A stretch of DNA of 63,475 nucleotides, counting the filler. It is 6 parts of 6 records of this genome, joined end to end, with 100 filler letters (N's around TTAATTAATTAA, not from the genome) between each part and the next. Parts side by side here need not be neighbours in the genome. Positions count along the whole stretch, not along the records: positions 44,956 to 54,987 come from SRR22947725_1731; positions 55,088 to 63,475 come from SRR22947725_1742; 4 more parts are not named here. One strand, written 5' to 3'. Under the pieces are notes generated by a model. The model was not told where the DNA came from, searched no databases, and saw only the letters and a program-made list of their open reading frames with translations. Made by a program: the position numbers and the translations under genes. Shown here in pieces: positions 52,756 to 63,385 of this stretch; the stretch's first letter is position 1; each line of letters begins with the position of its first letter.

Positions 52756-53967
52756 TTAACCCGCCTGCACCGACGACACGATATTTACGAATTCTTCATT
52801 GGACAAGACATCACGTTTTGCGATCCCAGTTGCTTTAACCTCATCCAAAATTTTTGCAATCTTTTCATCGTCGAGTTCACCTAAGCCAAGCTCGCCCATT
52901 TTATAAATAATGGAAGCTTTGCCAGATTTTTTACCCAATACCACCTCACCTATTTTTCCAGTAAGTGAGGGATGGGTGGCGAACATGACCAACGGGTCAT
53001 TCATAACATAGTTAATACCGATGCCAGATTCGCGGATAAAGTTGCCATGACCAAGAACCGGTTTGTTTCTTGCGATTGGGATATTGCTTTTTGCTGCAAT
53101 CATTTCTGCGAGCTCAGGGATTTTATCCAGTCGGTAGTTCGTATCGTAACCGTATAGCAGATGCAGCCCCATCATGAGTTCCTCCAAGGCTGCATTGCCG
53201 GTTCTCTCTCCCAGGCCATTCGCGCAGCTATGAACGCACACGGCCCCGGCCGTTACAGCGGCAAGTTCTGTGGCAACACCCATCCCAAAATCGTTATGGG
53301 TATGAATCTCGATTGGAAGTCCAGTCATATCATTAACCCACCGCACCATATGTTTGATGGCTTCTGGAGTGGCACAGCCCATTGTGTCTACGATCCCAAT
53401 TGAATCAGGAGGCGCATTGTTCATGATGTAGCCACATAAGTTGGTCAAATCTTCCTTGCGGGCGCGCGTGGTGTCATACGGAAAAAATAAAGCATGCAAT
53501 CCGTTTTCACGCGCGTAATTTATAATCGGAGCCGTCTTTTCAGCAACATCTCGCCATGTCCAGCCAAATTGCGTTACCAATTTTGGGTATCCAATTGGCA
53601 CTTCGATCACAACGCCGTCTGCACCGCATTCTAGTGCCAGATCGATATCTTTTTTCATCGCACGCGCGAAAGTAAAAATTTTGGAGTTTAGGCCCAGTTT
53701 TGAAATTTCAGTTATCGCCTTTTGGTCATCTAACGAAACGGCTGGCATGCCCGCTTCAATTCGATCTACACCCAATTCATTGAGCTTAGTGGCAATTTCG
53801 ATTTTATCGTCAACTGAAAACACGACACCTGGTGTTTGCTCTCCGTCGCGCAAAGTCGCGTCATGGATCTCCACTTTTTCAGGTAGATTCAATCCATCGC
53901 GCACAGTAGACTCAAAATTATATGGGCTGACCCACCACTTGTCATTCTCTAGATGTGTCTCACGCAT
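52756..53967 (-). CDS. DRE-TIM metallolyase (homocitrate/isopropylmalate/citramalate synthase-like, no regulatory domain)
   Basis: DATLRDGEQTPG, DTMG, HTHNDFG, NGLGERTGNA, LGKKSG. Confidence 0.88.
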   Translation of the reverse strand: MRETHLENDKWWVSPYNFESTVRDGLNLPEKVEIHDATLRDGEQTPGVVFSVDDKIEIATKLNELGVDRIEAGMPAVSLDDQKAITEISKLGLNSKIFTFARAMKKDIDLALECGADGVVIEVPIGYPKLVTQFGWTWRDVAEKTAPIINYARENGLHALFFPYDTTRARKEDLTNLCGYIMNNAPPDSIGIVDTMGCATPEAIKHMVRWVNDMTGLPIEIHTHNDFGMGVATELAAVTAGAVCVHSCANGLGERTGNAALEELMMGLHLLYGYDTNYRLDKIPELAEMIAAKSNIPIARNKPVLGHGNFIRESGIGINYVMNDPLVMFATHPSLTGKIGEVVLGKKSGKASIIYKMGELGLGELDDEKIAKILDEVKATGIAKRDVLSNEEFVNIVSSVQAG

Positions 53968-54866
53968 TATGTGTCCTCTCGTTCAGGCGTTATTGTATTT
54001 TCAGCAACTAGAACAAAATCGAAATCCACCTTGAAATAAGGCAGTGTGACCTTGTCGCCAACTTCTAAATCTTTGGGCAGTGCGCTCAGATCGGAATGTT
54101 CTACATAGTCCATGATCAAGTCTTCGCGCACGCCGAACACGGCATCAGCGTCCAAATACGGGTCTTTATTTGCAAAGACTTCCGTCACCAAGGATTTGTA
54201 TCCAGTTCTCTGGACGATGAAATGTAGATGTGATGGCCGCCAAGGGGTGCGGCCCGTTGCACGAAAAAGCTCGCCGACTGGGCCATCGTCGGGCACCATA
54301 TAGGGAGCCGGTTTAACCGTGGTAAACGCGTACCGCCCTTCCAAATTACTGTGCATCGAACAACAAAGATTAAAATCATTTTGCGCCTCATCTTGGCTGT
54401 AATAGAGGCCATTTTCTGCAGTTTGCCACAATTCTATCGTTGCGCCGCTTATCGCATTGCCATCGGTGTCTTTGACAAAACCTTCTACGACCACAGTGGC
54501 GCCTTCATTGTCTTTTTTCAAATCCGCTCCCACTGGCAAAAGTGGCGCACCGACAGAATGAAAGGGCCCAAGGACACTGGATGACGTCCCCTCGTGTTGC
54601 GATCCAATCATATCGATCAAAGAGGATAGGCCCGTGACATCTGAGATCAGTACAAATTCATTGCGTTCATCATCCGAAATTTTGCCCGCATCGGTCAGGA
54701 ATTTGAGGCCGCGCGCCCATTCTGCATGTGTGAGCTGGGTTTCTTTGGCAAATGCGTGCAGGTGTTCTACCATTTTTTGCAATACAAACATGGTGCGTGC
54801 GTCGGTGTCATCACTGCAATAATCCACAAACGCCTGTGTTATTGTATCGATGGAAACATTCTTCAT
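53967..54866 (-). CDS. Intradiol ring-cleavage dioxygenase (hydroxyquinol/catechol 1,2-dioxygenase-like)
   Basis: RNEFVLISDVTG, VLGPF, GLYYSQ, PAPYMVPDDGPVG, WRPSHLHF, DAVFGV. Confidence 0.92.
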   Translation of the reverse strand: MKNVSIDTITQAFVDYCSDDTDARTMFVLQKMVEHLHAFAKETQLTHAEWARGLKFLTDAGKISDDERNEFVLISDVTGLSSLIDMIGSQHEGTSSSVLGPFHSVGAPLLPVGADLKKDNEGATVVVEGFVKDTDGNAISGATIELWQTAENGLYYSQDEAQNDFNLCCSMHSNLEGRYAFTTVKPAPYMVPDDGPVGELFRATGRTPWRPSHLHFIVQRTGYKSLVTEVFANKDPYLDADAVFGVREDLIMDYVEHSDLSALPKDLEVGDKVTLPYFKVDFDFVLVAENTITPEREDT

Positions 54867-54884
54867 TGGATGAGCTCCGATTGG

Positions 54885-54987
54885 CTAGAGTAAGACCGTG
54901 GATAAGATTGGGAACTTTATCAGAACGATAAGTACGACAAGCATAATTACAGCAAATGGAAATGAACCCAAGAACACGTCTTTCAAA
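54885..54987 (-). CDS. TRAP transporter large permease (DctM) C-terminus, 5'-truncated
   Basis: LKDVFLGSFPFAVIMLVVLIVLIKFPILSTVLL resembles the DctM tail. Confidence 0.65.
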
Positions 54988-55087
54988 NNNNNNNNNNNNN
55001 NNNNNNNNNNNNNNNNNNNNNNNNNNNNNNNTTAATTAATTAANNNNNNNNNNNNNNNNNNNNNNNNNNNNNNNNNNNNNNNNNNNN
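54988..55087. other. Artificial contig spacer
   Basis: N-run/ttaattaattaa/N-run. Confidence 0.99.
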
Positions 55088-55316
55088 CACTGTTGTTGAT
55101 GATCAAATAGAGACAACTATTAATTATGCGGACTATGTTGAGAAGGTCGAAAAGTTGGTTGCAGCATCTTCATTTAACCTTATTGAGACATTAGCTAAAT
55201 ATATATATGAAAATTTAATTGATGCAAAAATTAATAAATTAATCATTACAGTCCATAAACCAAATACAGCTCTTAGCAAAAAGACCAAAGACATCAGCGT
55301 TACCTACAGTGGATAA
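55088..55316 (+). CDS. folB: Dihydroneopterin aldolase, 5'-truncated (missing from ORF track)
   Basis: DDQIETTINYA..FNLIETLA..TVHKP; overlaps folK start. Confidence 0.85.
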
Positions 55317-55782
55317 CTATCAGGGAATTATTCTTTCATTAGGATCTAATATTGGTGATCGTCAAAAAAATTTAAGGAATGCTCTGATAGAGCTTGAAAA
55401 AATAGCTCAAATAAATCTGGTTTCATCAATTTTTGAATCAGATGCATTGTTGGAAACCAATCAGAGAAATTTTTATAATATAGTGACTGAAATTGAGTAC
55501 TCAAGAACTTCTTCAGATCTCTTAAATGAAGTTAAAGAAATAGAAGAGTTCCTTGGTAGAAAAAAAACTTATCGATATGGCCCTCGATTAATTGACATCG
55601 ATATTATTTTTTTCAACAACGAAAATAATTCTTCTAAAGAATTAACAATTCCACACTACGATTGGAGAAATAGATTGTTTGTAGTTGAACCACTCTGCGA
55701 AATCATCAATGTATTTGACATCGCTGACTTTAATTTAAATGATCAAAAAGTAGAAAAAAAAGGTAATATAAGTTACAAGTAA
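55309..55782 (+). CDS. folK: 6-hydroxymethyl-7,8-dihydropterin pyrophosphokinase
   Basis: LSLGSNIGD, FYN, IE..LGR, YGPRLIDIDI, IPH, RLFV..PL. Confidence 0.95.
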   Translation: MDNYQGIILSLGSNIGDRQKNLRNALIELEKIAQINLVSSIFESDALLETNQRNFYNIVTEIEYSRTSSDLLNEVKEIEEFLGRKKTYRYGPRLIDIDIIFFNNENNSSKELTIPHYDWRNRLFVVEPLCEIINVFDIADFNLNDQKVEKKGNISYK

Positions 55783-55812
55783 TTACGGGCACCAATATAG
55801 GGCACGATAAAT

Positions 55813-56634
55813 ATGAAAAATGTAAAAAAAATAACACATGATATGTATGAAGAAAATCTATTTTTTGTACCAACTATGGGATCCCTACACAGAGGACATT
55901 TTTCATTAATAGAACAAGCTAAGAAATCTGGATTAAAAACTATTGTCTCAATTTTTGTAAACCCAAAACAATTCAATGACACTAATGACTACCAAAAATA
56001 TCCCAGGGACATTCAAAAAGACTCTATAAATTTAGAGAAGCTAAACGTAGATTATCTTTTTACACCTGATGAAAACTACATATATGGTGATAGTTTTTTA
56101 GATCTGCTTAGTTCTGGTCATATAGGCGAACAGTACGAGGGTAAATCAAGACTGGGACACTTCGATGGAGTTCTGACTGTAGTGAATAGATTATTTGAGC
56201 TAATAAAACCTAAAAAAGTCATTTTTGGGAAAAAAGATGCACAGCAATTATTTTTAATTAAAGATTATATTGGGCGCACGAATAAAGATATTGATCTTCT
56301 TGAAGGGGAAATAGTACGTGATAAATTGGGCTTAGCGTTAAGTAGTAGAAATTTACTTTTGAGCGCTAAAGGCAAGAAAACTGCCAGTGGTTTAAAGAAA
56401 CAACTCGATACTCTAAAAGAAATATTTCTTGAAACTGGTCTAGTAAGTACATCAATTGAAAGAACACTACAAAGGAATAAAGATGGCCTACTTGAAATTG
56501 ATTATCTCGAAATATTAGATAAAGATACTTTTAGTGCAATAAGTGATAACACGAAAAATTTTATAATTATTATTGCTGGATACGTAGAGGGAATTAGGTT
56601 GATAGACAACATTGATTTCAGAATAGAGGGATAG
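55813..56634 (+). CDS. panC: Pantoate-beta-alanine ligase
   Basis: VPTMGSLHRGH, SIFVNPKQF, GHFDGV, FGKKDAQQ, GLALSSRN, RLIDN. Confidence 0.95.
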   Translation: MKNVKKITHDMYEENLFFVPTMGSLHRGHFSLIEQAKKSGLKTIVSIFVNPKQFNDTNDYQKYPRDIQKDSINLEKLNVDYLFTPDENYIYGDSFLDLLSSGHIGEQYEGKSRLGHFDGVLTVVNRLFELIKPKKVIFGKKDAQQLFLIKDYIGRTNKDIDLLEGEIVRDKLGLALSSRNLLLSAKGKKTASGLKKQLDTLKEIFLETGLVSTSIERTLQRNKDGLLEIDYLEILDKDTFSAISDNTKNFIIIIAGYVEGIRLIDNIDFRIEG

Positions 56635-57402
56635 ATGAAAAAAATCATAGCCATAGATGTTGGTAATAGTGAAACTACTGTCGGTGTAGGTAACTCAGAT
56701 AATTGGGAAAGTTATAGGTATACGACAAGGAAAACAATTACCTCGGATGAGCTATTAATGATGTTTAGAACAACAATTGATCTTTCGAAAGCTGATGATG
56801 AACTTCTTCATGGAGCTATAGTTTGTTCTGTTGTGCCTCAAATTACAGATAGTGTTGTGTCTGCAATAAATAAATTTTCATCTAAAGAGGTTTTAGTTGT
56901 TGGCCCTGGTGTTAAAACTGGTTTAAAAGTAAACATTGACAATCCTAAAGAACTGGGACCAGATCGCATTGCAAATTCAGTCGGAGGTTACAAAAAAATT
57001 AATAAAGAAGTTATAATTGTTGATCTTGGAACAGCTACAACTTTTGATGTTGTGAACCACAATAAAGAATATCTTGGTGGATCAATTGCTCCGGGAATAA
57101 AAATAAGCTTAGATGCTTTAATTTCAAGAACTTCTTCATTAAAGTCTGTCGAACTTAAAGAACCAAACAAAGTTATAGGTAAAAATACTTACGAGGCTAT
57201 ACAAAGCGGACTAGTTTTAGGACACGCCTCAATGATTGATTCAATGCTGGAAAAGATAGTACTAGAATCAGAACTTTCTCTAGGTGTAGTTGTAACCGGA
57301 GGACTTGGAACTTTAATTCAACCAGTCTTAAACATAAATACATCTTATGAAAGAAATCTAACTTTAGATGGACTTGAAGAGATATATAATTTAAATAATT
57401 AA
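56635..57402 (+). CDS. coaX: Type III pantothenate kinase
   Basis: IDVGNS, LGPDRIAN, VDLGTATTFD, GGSIAPG, TGG. Confidence 0.95.
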   Translation: MKKIIAIDVGNSETTVGVGNSDNWESYRYTTRKTITSDELLMMFRTTIDLSKADDELLHGAIVCSVVPQITDSVVSAINKFSSKEVLVVGPGVKTGLKVNIDNPKELGPDRIANSVGGYKKINKEVIIVDLGTATTFDVVNHNKEYLGGSIAPGIKISLDALISRTSSLKSVELKEPNKVIGKNTYEAIQSGLVLGHASMIDSMLEKIVLESELSLGVVVTGGLGTLIQPVLNINTSYERNLTLDGLEEIYNLNN

Positions 57403-57412
57403 TATACATATT

Positions 57413-58903
57413 GTGAGTAATCTTTCAAAATCAGAGCAAGAAATATATGACCTTAGGGCCGAAAAAATCCAATTTTTTTTGGATAATAATCAAGATGCTT
57501 TTCCAACAGAATTTAAAGGAACTTCCCAAATAGTAGACATTATTAAAAATCATACAACCCTAAAAGATGCTGAACATTCAGGAGTTGAAGTCAAAATTCA
57601 CGGTCGAATATTGAATGGAAGATCTTTTGGGAAGCTTTCTTTTTTTGACTTGATTGATAATTCTGGAAAAATACAGATTCTTGTCGACTCAAAAACCTTA
57701 TCCGAAGAAGAGAGTGTCTTATTTTCAAAATATGATTCTGGAGACATCATCGGTGTAAAGGGCGAGATAATGAAAACTAAAAAAGGCCAACTTTCAATCA
57801 AAGTTTCTACAAGTAGTATTTTGTCTAAATCATTAAGAACCCTTCCTGAAAAATGGCATGGCTTAAAAGATAAAGAAACAAGGTTTCGTCAAAGGTATCT
57901 AGATTTCATTGTAAATCCGGATGCAAAACAAACAATAGAAATTCGTTCAAAAATAATCAACTCCATCAGACAATTTATGCATGGCAAAGATTTTATTGAA
58001 GTTGAAACTCCAATATTACAACCTAAAGCTGGTGGGGCGATTGCCAAGCCATTTATAACTCATCACAATGCTCTTGATGTCGAAATGTATTTAAGAATTG
58101 CTCCAGAGTTATATTTGAAAAGAATGATAGTTGGAGGTTTTGAGAAAGTCTTTGAACTAGGTAGAGTTTTTAGAAATGAGGGCATAGATCAAACCCATTC
58201 CCCTGAATTTACAATGATGGAAAGTTATGAAGCCTACACAAATGTCAATGGTGTTATTGAAATGGTAGAAAATATGTGTTCTACAGTCTTTGACGACTTG
58301 GAATTAAGTACTGATATCTCTTTTGATGAAAAAAATGCTGATTTTTCATTTCCCTGGGCTAAAGCATCTATGTTTACTTTAGTTTCAGAGGAGGTGGGTA
58401 TCAAAGTTGAATTTTCTAGTGATTTTAATGAAGTTGTTGAACAGTTGAATAAAAAAGATATAGAAGTTAATACTGAGATAAATACTACGGGGCTTCTGGT
58501 CTATGATTTATTTGAAAGATTTGTTGAGGAGAAAATAATAAATCCTACATTCGTAATTGATTACCCAGTAGAGGTTTCCCCTTTTGCTAGAAACAGTAAA
58601 AATAATCCAAGCATAACTGAGAGATTTGAGCTATTTGCTTTTGGAAGTGAGCTTGCAAATGGCTTCTCTGAATTAATAGATTCCGTTGAACAAGAAGCAA
58701 GACTAAAATCTCAAGCTATAAAAAAAGAGTCAGGGGATGAAGAGGCACATGTTGAAGATATGGATTACATAGAAGCTTTGGAACATGGGTTACCCCCAAC
58801 AGGTGGTCTAGGTTTTGGAATTGATAGATTTGTAATGATGCTTACGGGGAATACCTCGATACGTGAAGTTGTTGCATTTCCTCATTTAAAACCTGAAAAC
58901 TAA
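57413..58903 (+). CDS. lysS: Lysyl-tRNA synthetase (class II)
   Basis: LPEKWHGL, RFRQRYLD, YLRIAPELYLKR, FRNEG, PPTGGLGFGIDR. Confidence 0.97.
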   Translation: MSNLSKSEQEIYDLRAEKIQFFLDNNQDAFPTEFKGTSQIVDIIKNHTTLKDAEHSGVEVKIHGRILNGRSFGKLSFFDLIDNSGKIQILVDSKTLSEEESVLFSKYDSGDIIGVKGEIMKTKKGQLSIKVSTSSILSKSLRTLPEKWHGLKDKETRFRQRYLDFIVNPDAKQTIEIRSKIINSIRQFMHGKDFIEVETPILQPKAGGAIAKPFITHHNALDVEMYLRIAPELYLKRMIVGGFEKVFELGRVFRNEGIDQTHSPEFTMMESYEAYTNVNGVIEMVENMCSTVFDDLELSTDISFDEKNADFSFPWAKASMFTLVSEEVGIKVEFSSDFNEVVEQLNKKDIEVNTEINTTGLLVYDLFERFVEEKIINPTFVIDYPVEVSPFARNSKNNPSITERFELFAFGSELANGFSELIDSVEQEARLKSQAIKKESGDEEAHVEDMDYIEALEHGLPPTGGLGFGIDRFVMMLTGNTSIREVVAFPHLKPEN

Positions 58904-59877
58904 TTACTTCTTTGAAGTAAGTATTCATTTAGGTTATTTAAAATATTTGAAATTTTCTTATTCTCTATATTTTTTATGGCATCATTACTTTGTTTAAAAT
59001 GAAGATTTACAAATTTTTTTGATTCTTCAACTATCTCATCGTTGTTAAACTCTCCTAGAACATCAGTGAGTGCAATTTCAGAATTCTTAACCTGGCGCAA
59101 TAATTCTTCAACCTTCTTAGGGTTTTTTTCAAGTGCAATAAGTACTGGCAGTGTATAGGTGCCTTCGAGGATATCATTACCAGCTGGTTTACCCAACGTT
59201 TCGCTGTCTGAATTTAGGTCTAAGATGTCGTCTGTAATTTGAAAAATAATTCCATTGTGCCAAGCCCACGAACTAATTGAATCAGTAGTATTTTTAGAAC
59301 AATTTGATGCCATTGCTCCAAGCTTTGCACTTGTTCTAATTAAACTTGCTGTTTTTCCACCTATTACTTCTAGGTAATCATCTTTACTATGAGTCGTGCT
59401 GTAGGAAAATTGAACTTCTTTTGTTTGACCAACTACTAATTCCGCATAAGTAGATGCGAGCAATTTGACAGATTCTAGTCCTAAGTTATCTGCTGCAAGT
59501 TCAGAGGACCTAGCAAGTAAATAATCACCAGCCAATATAGCGAGGGTTGCATTCCACTTACGATTAGTACTTTCAACACCCCTACGTGTTGTAGCTTCGT
59601 CGATAACATCGTCATGATACAAGCTACCTAAGTGAATTAATTCAACTGAAATACCCGCATCAATTACCCTTTCTTGGTTTCCAGTTCCCAACTCACCAGC
59701 TAGGAGAGAAATTATTGGCCTAAATCTTTTCCCACCAGCTTCAATAAGATACTGAGAAATTTCTGTGAGATAATTATCTTCCGATACGGTAACTTCAAAT
59801 AAGCGTTTTTCAAGTTTTTCTAAATTTTCCCATAAACTAGGTATGGGTATGATGTTTGTTAGCTCATTTGAATCCAT
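58900..59877 (-). CDS. Long-chain trans-polyprenyl diphosphate synthase (HepT/IspB-like)
   Basis: GGKRFRP, FARM HDDVID..RRG, KTASL, SARM FQITDDILD, GKPAGND. Confidence 0.93.
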   Translation of the reverse strand: MDSNELTNIIPIPSLWENLEKLEKRLFEVTVSEDNYLTEISQYLIEAGGKRFRPIISLLAGELGTGNQERVIDAGISVELIHLGSLYHDDVIDEATTRRGVESTNRKWNATLAILAGDYLLARSSELAADNLGLESVKLLASTYAELVVGQTKEVQFSYSTTHSKDDYLEVIGGKTASLIRTSAKLGAMASNCSKNTTDSISSWAWHNGIIFQITDDILDLNSDSETLGKPAGNDILEGTYTLPVLIALEKNPKKVEELLRQVKNSEIALTDVLGEFNNDEIVEESKKFVNLHFKQSNDAIKNIENKKISNILNNLNEYLLQRSN

Positions 59878-59956
59878 ATTTATAGATTAAGTTGATTTAA
59901 TAAATACATGTAATTTTCATTTAGGCGTATAAACGGAGACTTATTAATATAAACAT

Positions 59957-62437
59957 ATGTTTGAAAGATTTACAGATAGAGCTCGTAGAGTAGTTGTCCT
60001 CGCCCAAGAAGAGGCAAGAAGACTTAATCATAATTACATAGGTACAGAGCATATTCTGTTAGGGCTGATTCAAGAGGGTGAAGGCCATGCTGCCAAGGCT
60101 CTTGAAGAATTGAGCATAAATATAGATTCAGTGCGGTCTGAGGTAGTTGAAATTATTGGAGAAGGTCAGCAGTCACCAAGTGGGCATATTCCTTTTACAC
60201 CAAGAGCAAAAAAAGTACTTGAACTTTCACTAAGAGAAGCCTTACAACTTGGACACAACTACATTGGCACAGAACACATTTTATTAGGTCTCATTCGAGA
60301 AGGAGAAGGTGTAGCAGCACAGGTATTGAAAAAACTCGGCGCAGAACTCTCACAAGTAAGACAGACAGTAATAAAGTTGATCTCTTCTTCAGGTGAGGGT
60401 AAAAAGCCACAATCAGCCTCAACTGGTGGTCGTGAAAGATCTGGCTCAGGTACTGGTTCTGCAATATTAGATCAATTTGGAAGAAACCTTACAAGAATGG
60501 CTAAAGAAGGTAAGTTAGACCCTGTTATTGGTAGATCAACAGAAATCGAACGAGTTATGCAAATACTCTCTCGTAGAACAAAAAATAATCCGGTTTTAAT
60601 TGGTGAACCTGGTGTTGGTAAAACAGCAATAGTTGAAGGCTTAGCACAAAAAATTGTGTCAGGAGACATCCCAGTAACACTAAAAGGTAAACAAATTTAT
60701 ACACTTGACCTTTCATCACTTGTTGCAGGATCAAGATATCGTGGAGATTTTGAGGAGAGACTTAAAAAAGTTTTAAAAGAAATTAAAACACGTGGCGATA
60801 TTGTTCTTTTTATAGATGAAATTCACACTTTGGTAGGTGCTGGAGCTGCAGAGGGAGCTATTGATGCAGCATCAATTCTGAAGCCAATGCTTGCTAGAGG
60901 TGAATTACAAACAGTAGGTGCAACGACCTTAGAAGAATTTAGAAAGCATTTTGAAAAAGATGCTGCTTTAGAAAGACGTTTTCAATCTGTAAAAGTTGAT
61001 GAGCCTAATTTGTCTGATGCTATAGAAATACTTGGTGGACTTAAGGATAGATATGAAGTACATCATGGTGTGAGATTTACAGATCAGGCCATTGCATCTG
61101 CTGTAAATATGGCTGACCGATATATTTCAGATAGATTCTTACCTGATAAAGCTATTGACTTAATTGATGAAGCTGGAAGCCGAATGAGGGTGTACAAAAA
61201 ACCACTAGATCCAGAGAAACAAGAATTATCTGATAAATTAAAAAATTATAGAGAACAAAAAATTGACGCTGTTGAGTCACAACTTTTTGAAAAAGCTGCA
61301 CAAATTAGAGATCAGGAAAAAATTTTACTAGAGGAAATTGATTCTCTTGATGGAGTTTCTTCTACAGATGTAGAGATGGTCATTGACGAAGAAGAAATCG
61401 CAGAAGTGTTGGCGCAATGGACAGGCATACCTGTTCATAGACTAACACAAGAGGAAACTGCAAGATTACTTGAAATGGAAAATGAGTTACACAAGAGAAT
61501 TGTTGGTCAAAACGAAGCCATTAATGCTGTTTCAAAAGCAATAAGAAGAACCAGATCAGGATTAAAAGACCCTAAAAGACCATCTGGTTCATTTATTTTC
61601 TTAGGTCCATCTGGTGTAGGAAAAACAGAAACTGCAAAAGCACTCGCTGAATTCCTTTTTGGTGATGAAGACTCCTTAATCCAGATAGATATGTCTGAAT
61701 ACATGGAAAAGCACACGGTCAGTAGATTGATAGGATCACCTCCGGGATACGTTGGATATGATGAGGGTGGTCAGTTAACTGAAGCAGTTAGAAGAAAACC
61801 ATTTAGTATTGTTTTGTTAGATGAGGTCGAAAAAGCTCATCCAGATGTATTTAACACTCTTCTTCAGATTCTTGAAGATGGTAGATTGACAGATGCCCAA
61901 GGTAGAACTGTTGACTTTAAAAATACTGTAATAATAATGACTTCTAACTTAGGTACTAAAGATTTAAGTAAAAATATTGGTTTTAGCAACTTAACTGATA
62001 CAGGTTCTTACGACAAAATGAAATCTAAAGTTGCGGAAGAGCTTAAAAGACACTTTAGACCTGAATTTTTAAATCGAATTGACGAAACAATTGTATTCCA
62101 TCAGCTCACTGTTGAAGAGGTAACAGAAATTGTAGATTTGATGCTAGACAGAGTGCATAAACAACTTAAGAACTCTGATATTGAGATAGTTTTATCCGAA
62201 GAGTCAAAAGAATTTTTAGCGACTGAAGGGTATAACAAAGAATTTGGAGCTAGGCCTCTACGAAGATCCATACAAAGATTACTCGAAGATCCTTTATCTG
62301 AAGAACTTCTTCAAGGTAAGTATAAGGCTGGATCAACAATTGTAATATCTCTTAACTCTGAAGAGGGTATTTTAAAATTTGAAGCCGTTGAAGCTCCAAC
62401 TGAGCCACCGGTTGACTTTGCCGACTCTGAGTCTTAA
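59957..62437 (+). CDS. clpC: ATP-dependent Clp protease ATPase subunit ClpC (actinobacterial ClpC1 type)
   Basis: [22 protein letters not shown]-domain; Walker A GEPGVGKT and [16 protein letters not shown]. Confidence 0.97.
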   Translation: MFERFTDRARRVVVLAQEEARRLNHNYIGTEHILLGLIQEGEGHAAKALEELSINIDSVRSEVVEIIGEGQQSPSGHIPFTPRAKKVLELSLREALQLGHNYIGTEHILLGLIREGEGVAAQVLKKLGAELSQVRQTVIKLISSSGEGKKPQSASTGGRERSGSGTGSAILDQFGRNLTRMAKEGKLDPVIGRSTEIERVMQILSRRTKNNPVLIGEPGVGKTAIVEGLAQKIVSGDIPVTLKGKQIYTLDLSSLVAGSRYRGDFEERLKKVLKEIKTRGDIVLFIDEIHTLVGAGAAEGAIDAASILKPMLARGELQTVGATTLEEFRKHFEKDAALERRFQSVKVDEPNLSDAIEILGGLKDRYEVHHGVRFTDQAIASAVNMADRYISDRFLPDKAIDLIDEAGSRMRVYKKPLDPEKQELSDKLKNYREQKIDAVESQLFEKAAQIRDQEKILLEEIDSLDGVSSTDVEMVIDEEEIAEVLAQWTGIPVHRLTQEETARLLEMENELHKRIVGQNEAINAVSKAIRRTRSGLKDPKRPSGSFIFLGPSGVGKTETAKALAEFLFGDEDSLIQIDMSEYMEKHTVSRLIGSPPGYVGYDEGGQLTEAVRRKPFSIVLLDEVEKAHPDVFNTLLQILEDGRLTDAQGRTVDFKNTVIIMTSNLGTKDLSKNIGFSNLTDTGSYDKMKSKVAEELKRHFRPEFLNRIDETIVFHQLTVEEVTEIVDLMLDRVHKQLKNSDIEIVLSEESKEFLATEGYNKEFGARPLRRSIQRLLEDPLSEELLQGKYKAGSTIVISLNSEEGILKFEAVEAPTEPPVDFADSES

Positions 62438-62452
62438 TATTAACTAAATCAA

Positions 62453-63385
62453 ATGAGAATAATTATCGATACTGATCCAGGTACTGACGACGCTGTAGCT
62501 ATATTAATCGCACTTGCACACTTCACGGATAAAGAAATACTTGGAATAACTACAGTAGCTGGAAATGTTGGAGTAAAAGTAGGAACTACTAATGCTCTAA
62601 GAATTCTTGAGCAAGCTGGAAGGAATAATATTAAAGTTTTTGAAGGAGAGAGTGCTCCTTTAAAAAGAGAGCTTTTAACGGCTGAGTGGGTTCATGGTAC
62701 GGATGGATTAGGAGGAGTTCCCTTTCCAGCACCATCAAAAACCGAGGAAGGTCAAGATGCTGTCACTTTCCTAAAAGATGCTATTTCAAATTCCGAAGAG
62801 AAAGTAACATTATGTGTTTTAGGTCCTATGACCAATATTGGAAAAGCTATATCAGAGATGCCAAAAATTGTTGAGAATATTGAACAGATAGTTTTTATGG
62901 GAGGAAGTGCAACTGGTGGAAATACAACTCCTGCGGCAGAGTTTAATATACTCGTCGACCCAGATGCTACCCATATTGTTTTACACTCTGGTGTAAAGCT
63001 TGTAATGATGGGATTAGATGTCACCCATCAAGCAATTTCAACTTCGAATAGAATAAAAAATATTTCTGACACTAAAACAAAAACTTCAGAACTACTTGTA
63101 GGACTCATGTCGCGTTTAGCAAATTTAGAGATTGTCAAAAAGAAATTTCCGGATGGAACACCCGTTCATGATGCATTTGTAACAGCGTATCTTGTTGACA
63201 ACTCTTTAACCAAGGGGAGTTTTGTAAATGTAGAAGTTGAGACTCTTTCAGATCTTACCCTTGGCCAGACAGTAGTAGATGTTAATGAAATATCTGGTAG
63301 AGATAAAAATGTTTACTGGATGAATGAAGTTGATGATGATAAATTATTTTCAATCATAACAAAAAGTTCTTCGCTACTCCCTTAA
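62453..63385 (+). CDS. Inosine/uridine-preferring nucleoside hydrolase (Rih family)
   Basis: IIDTDPGTDD, GNV, VHGTDGL, AEFNI..DP, GLDVTH, HD. Confidence 0.93.
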   Translation: MRIIIDTDPGTDDAVAILIALAHFTDKEILGITTVAGNVGVKVGTTNALRILEQAGRNNIKVFEGESAPLKRELLTAEWVHGTDGLGGVPFPAPSKTEEGQDAVTFLKDAISNSEEKVTLCVLGPMTNIGKAISEMPKIVENIEQIVFMGGSATGGNTTPAAEFNILVDPDATHIVLHSGVKLVMMGLDVTHQAISTSNRIKNISDTKTKTSELLVGLMSRLANLEIVKKKFPDGTPVHDAFVTAYLVDNSLTKGSFVNVEVETLSDLTLGQTVVDVNEISGRDKNVYWMNEVDDDKLFSIITKSSSLLP

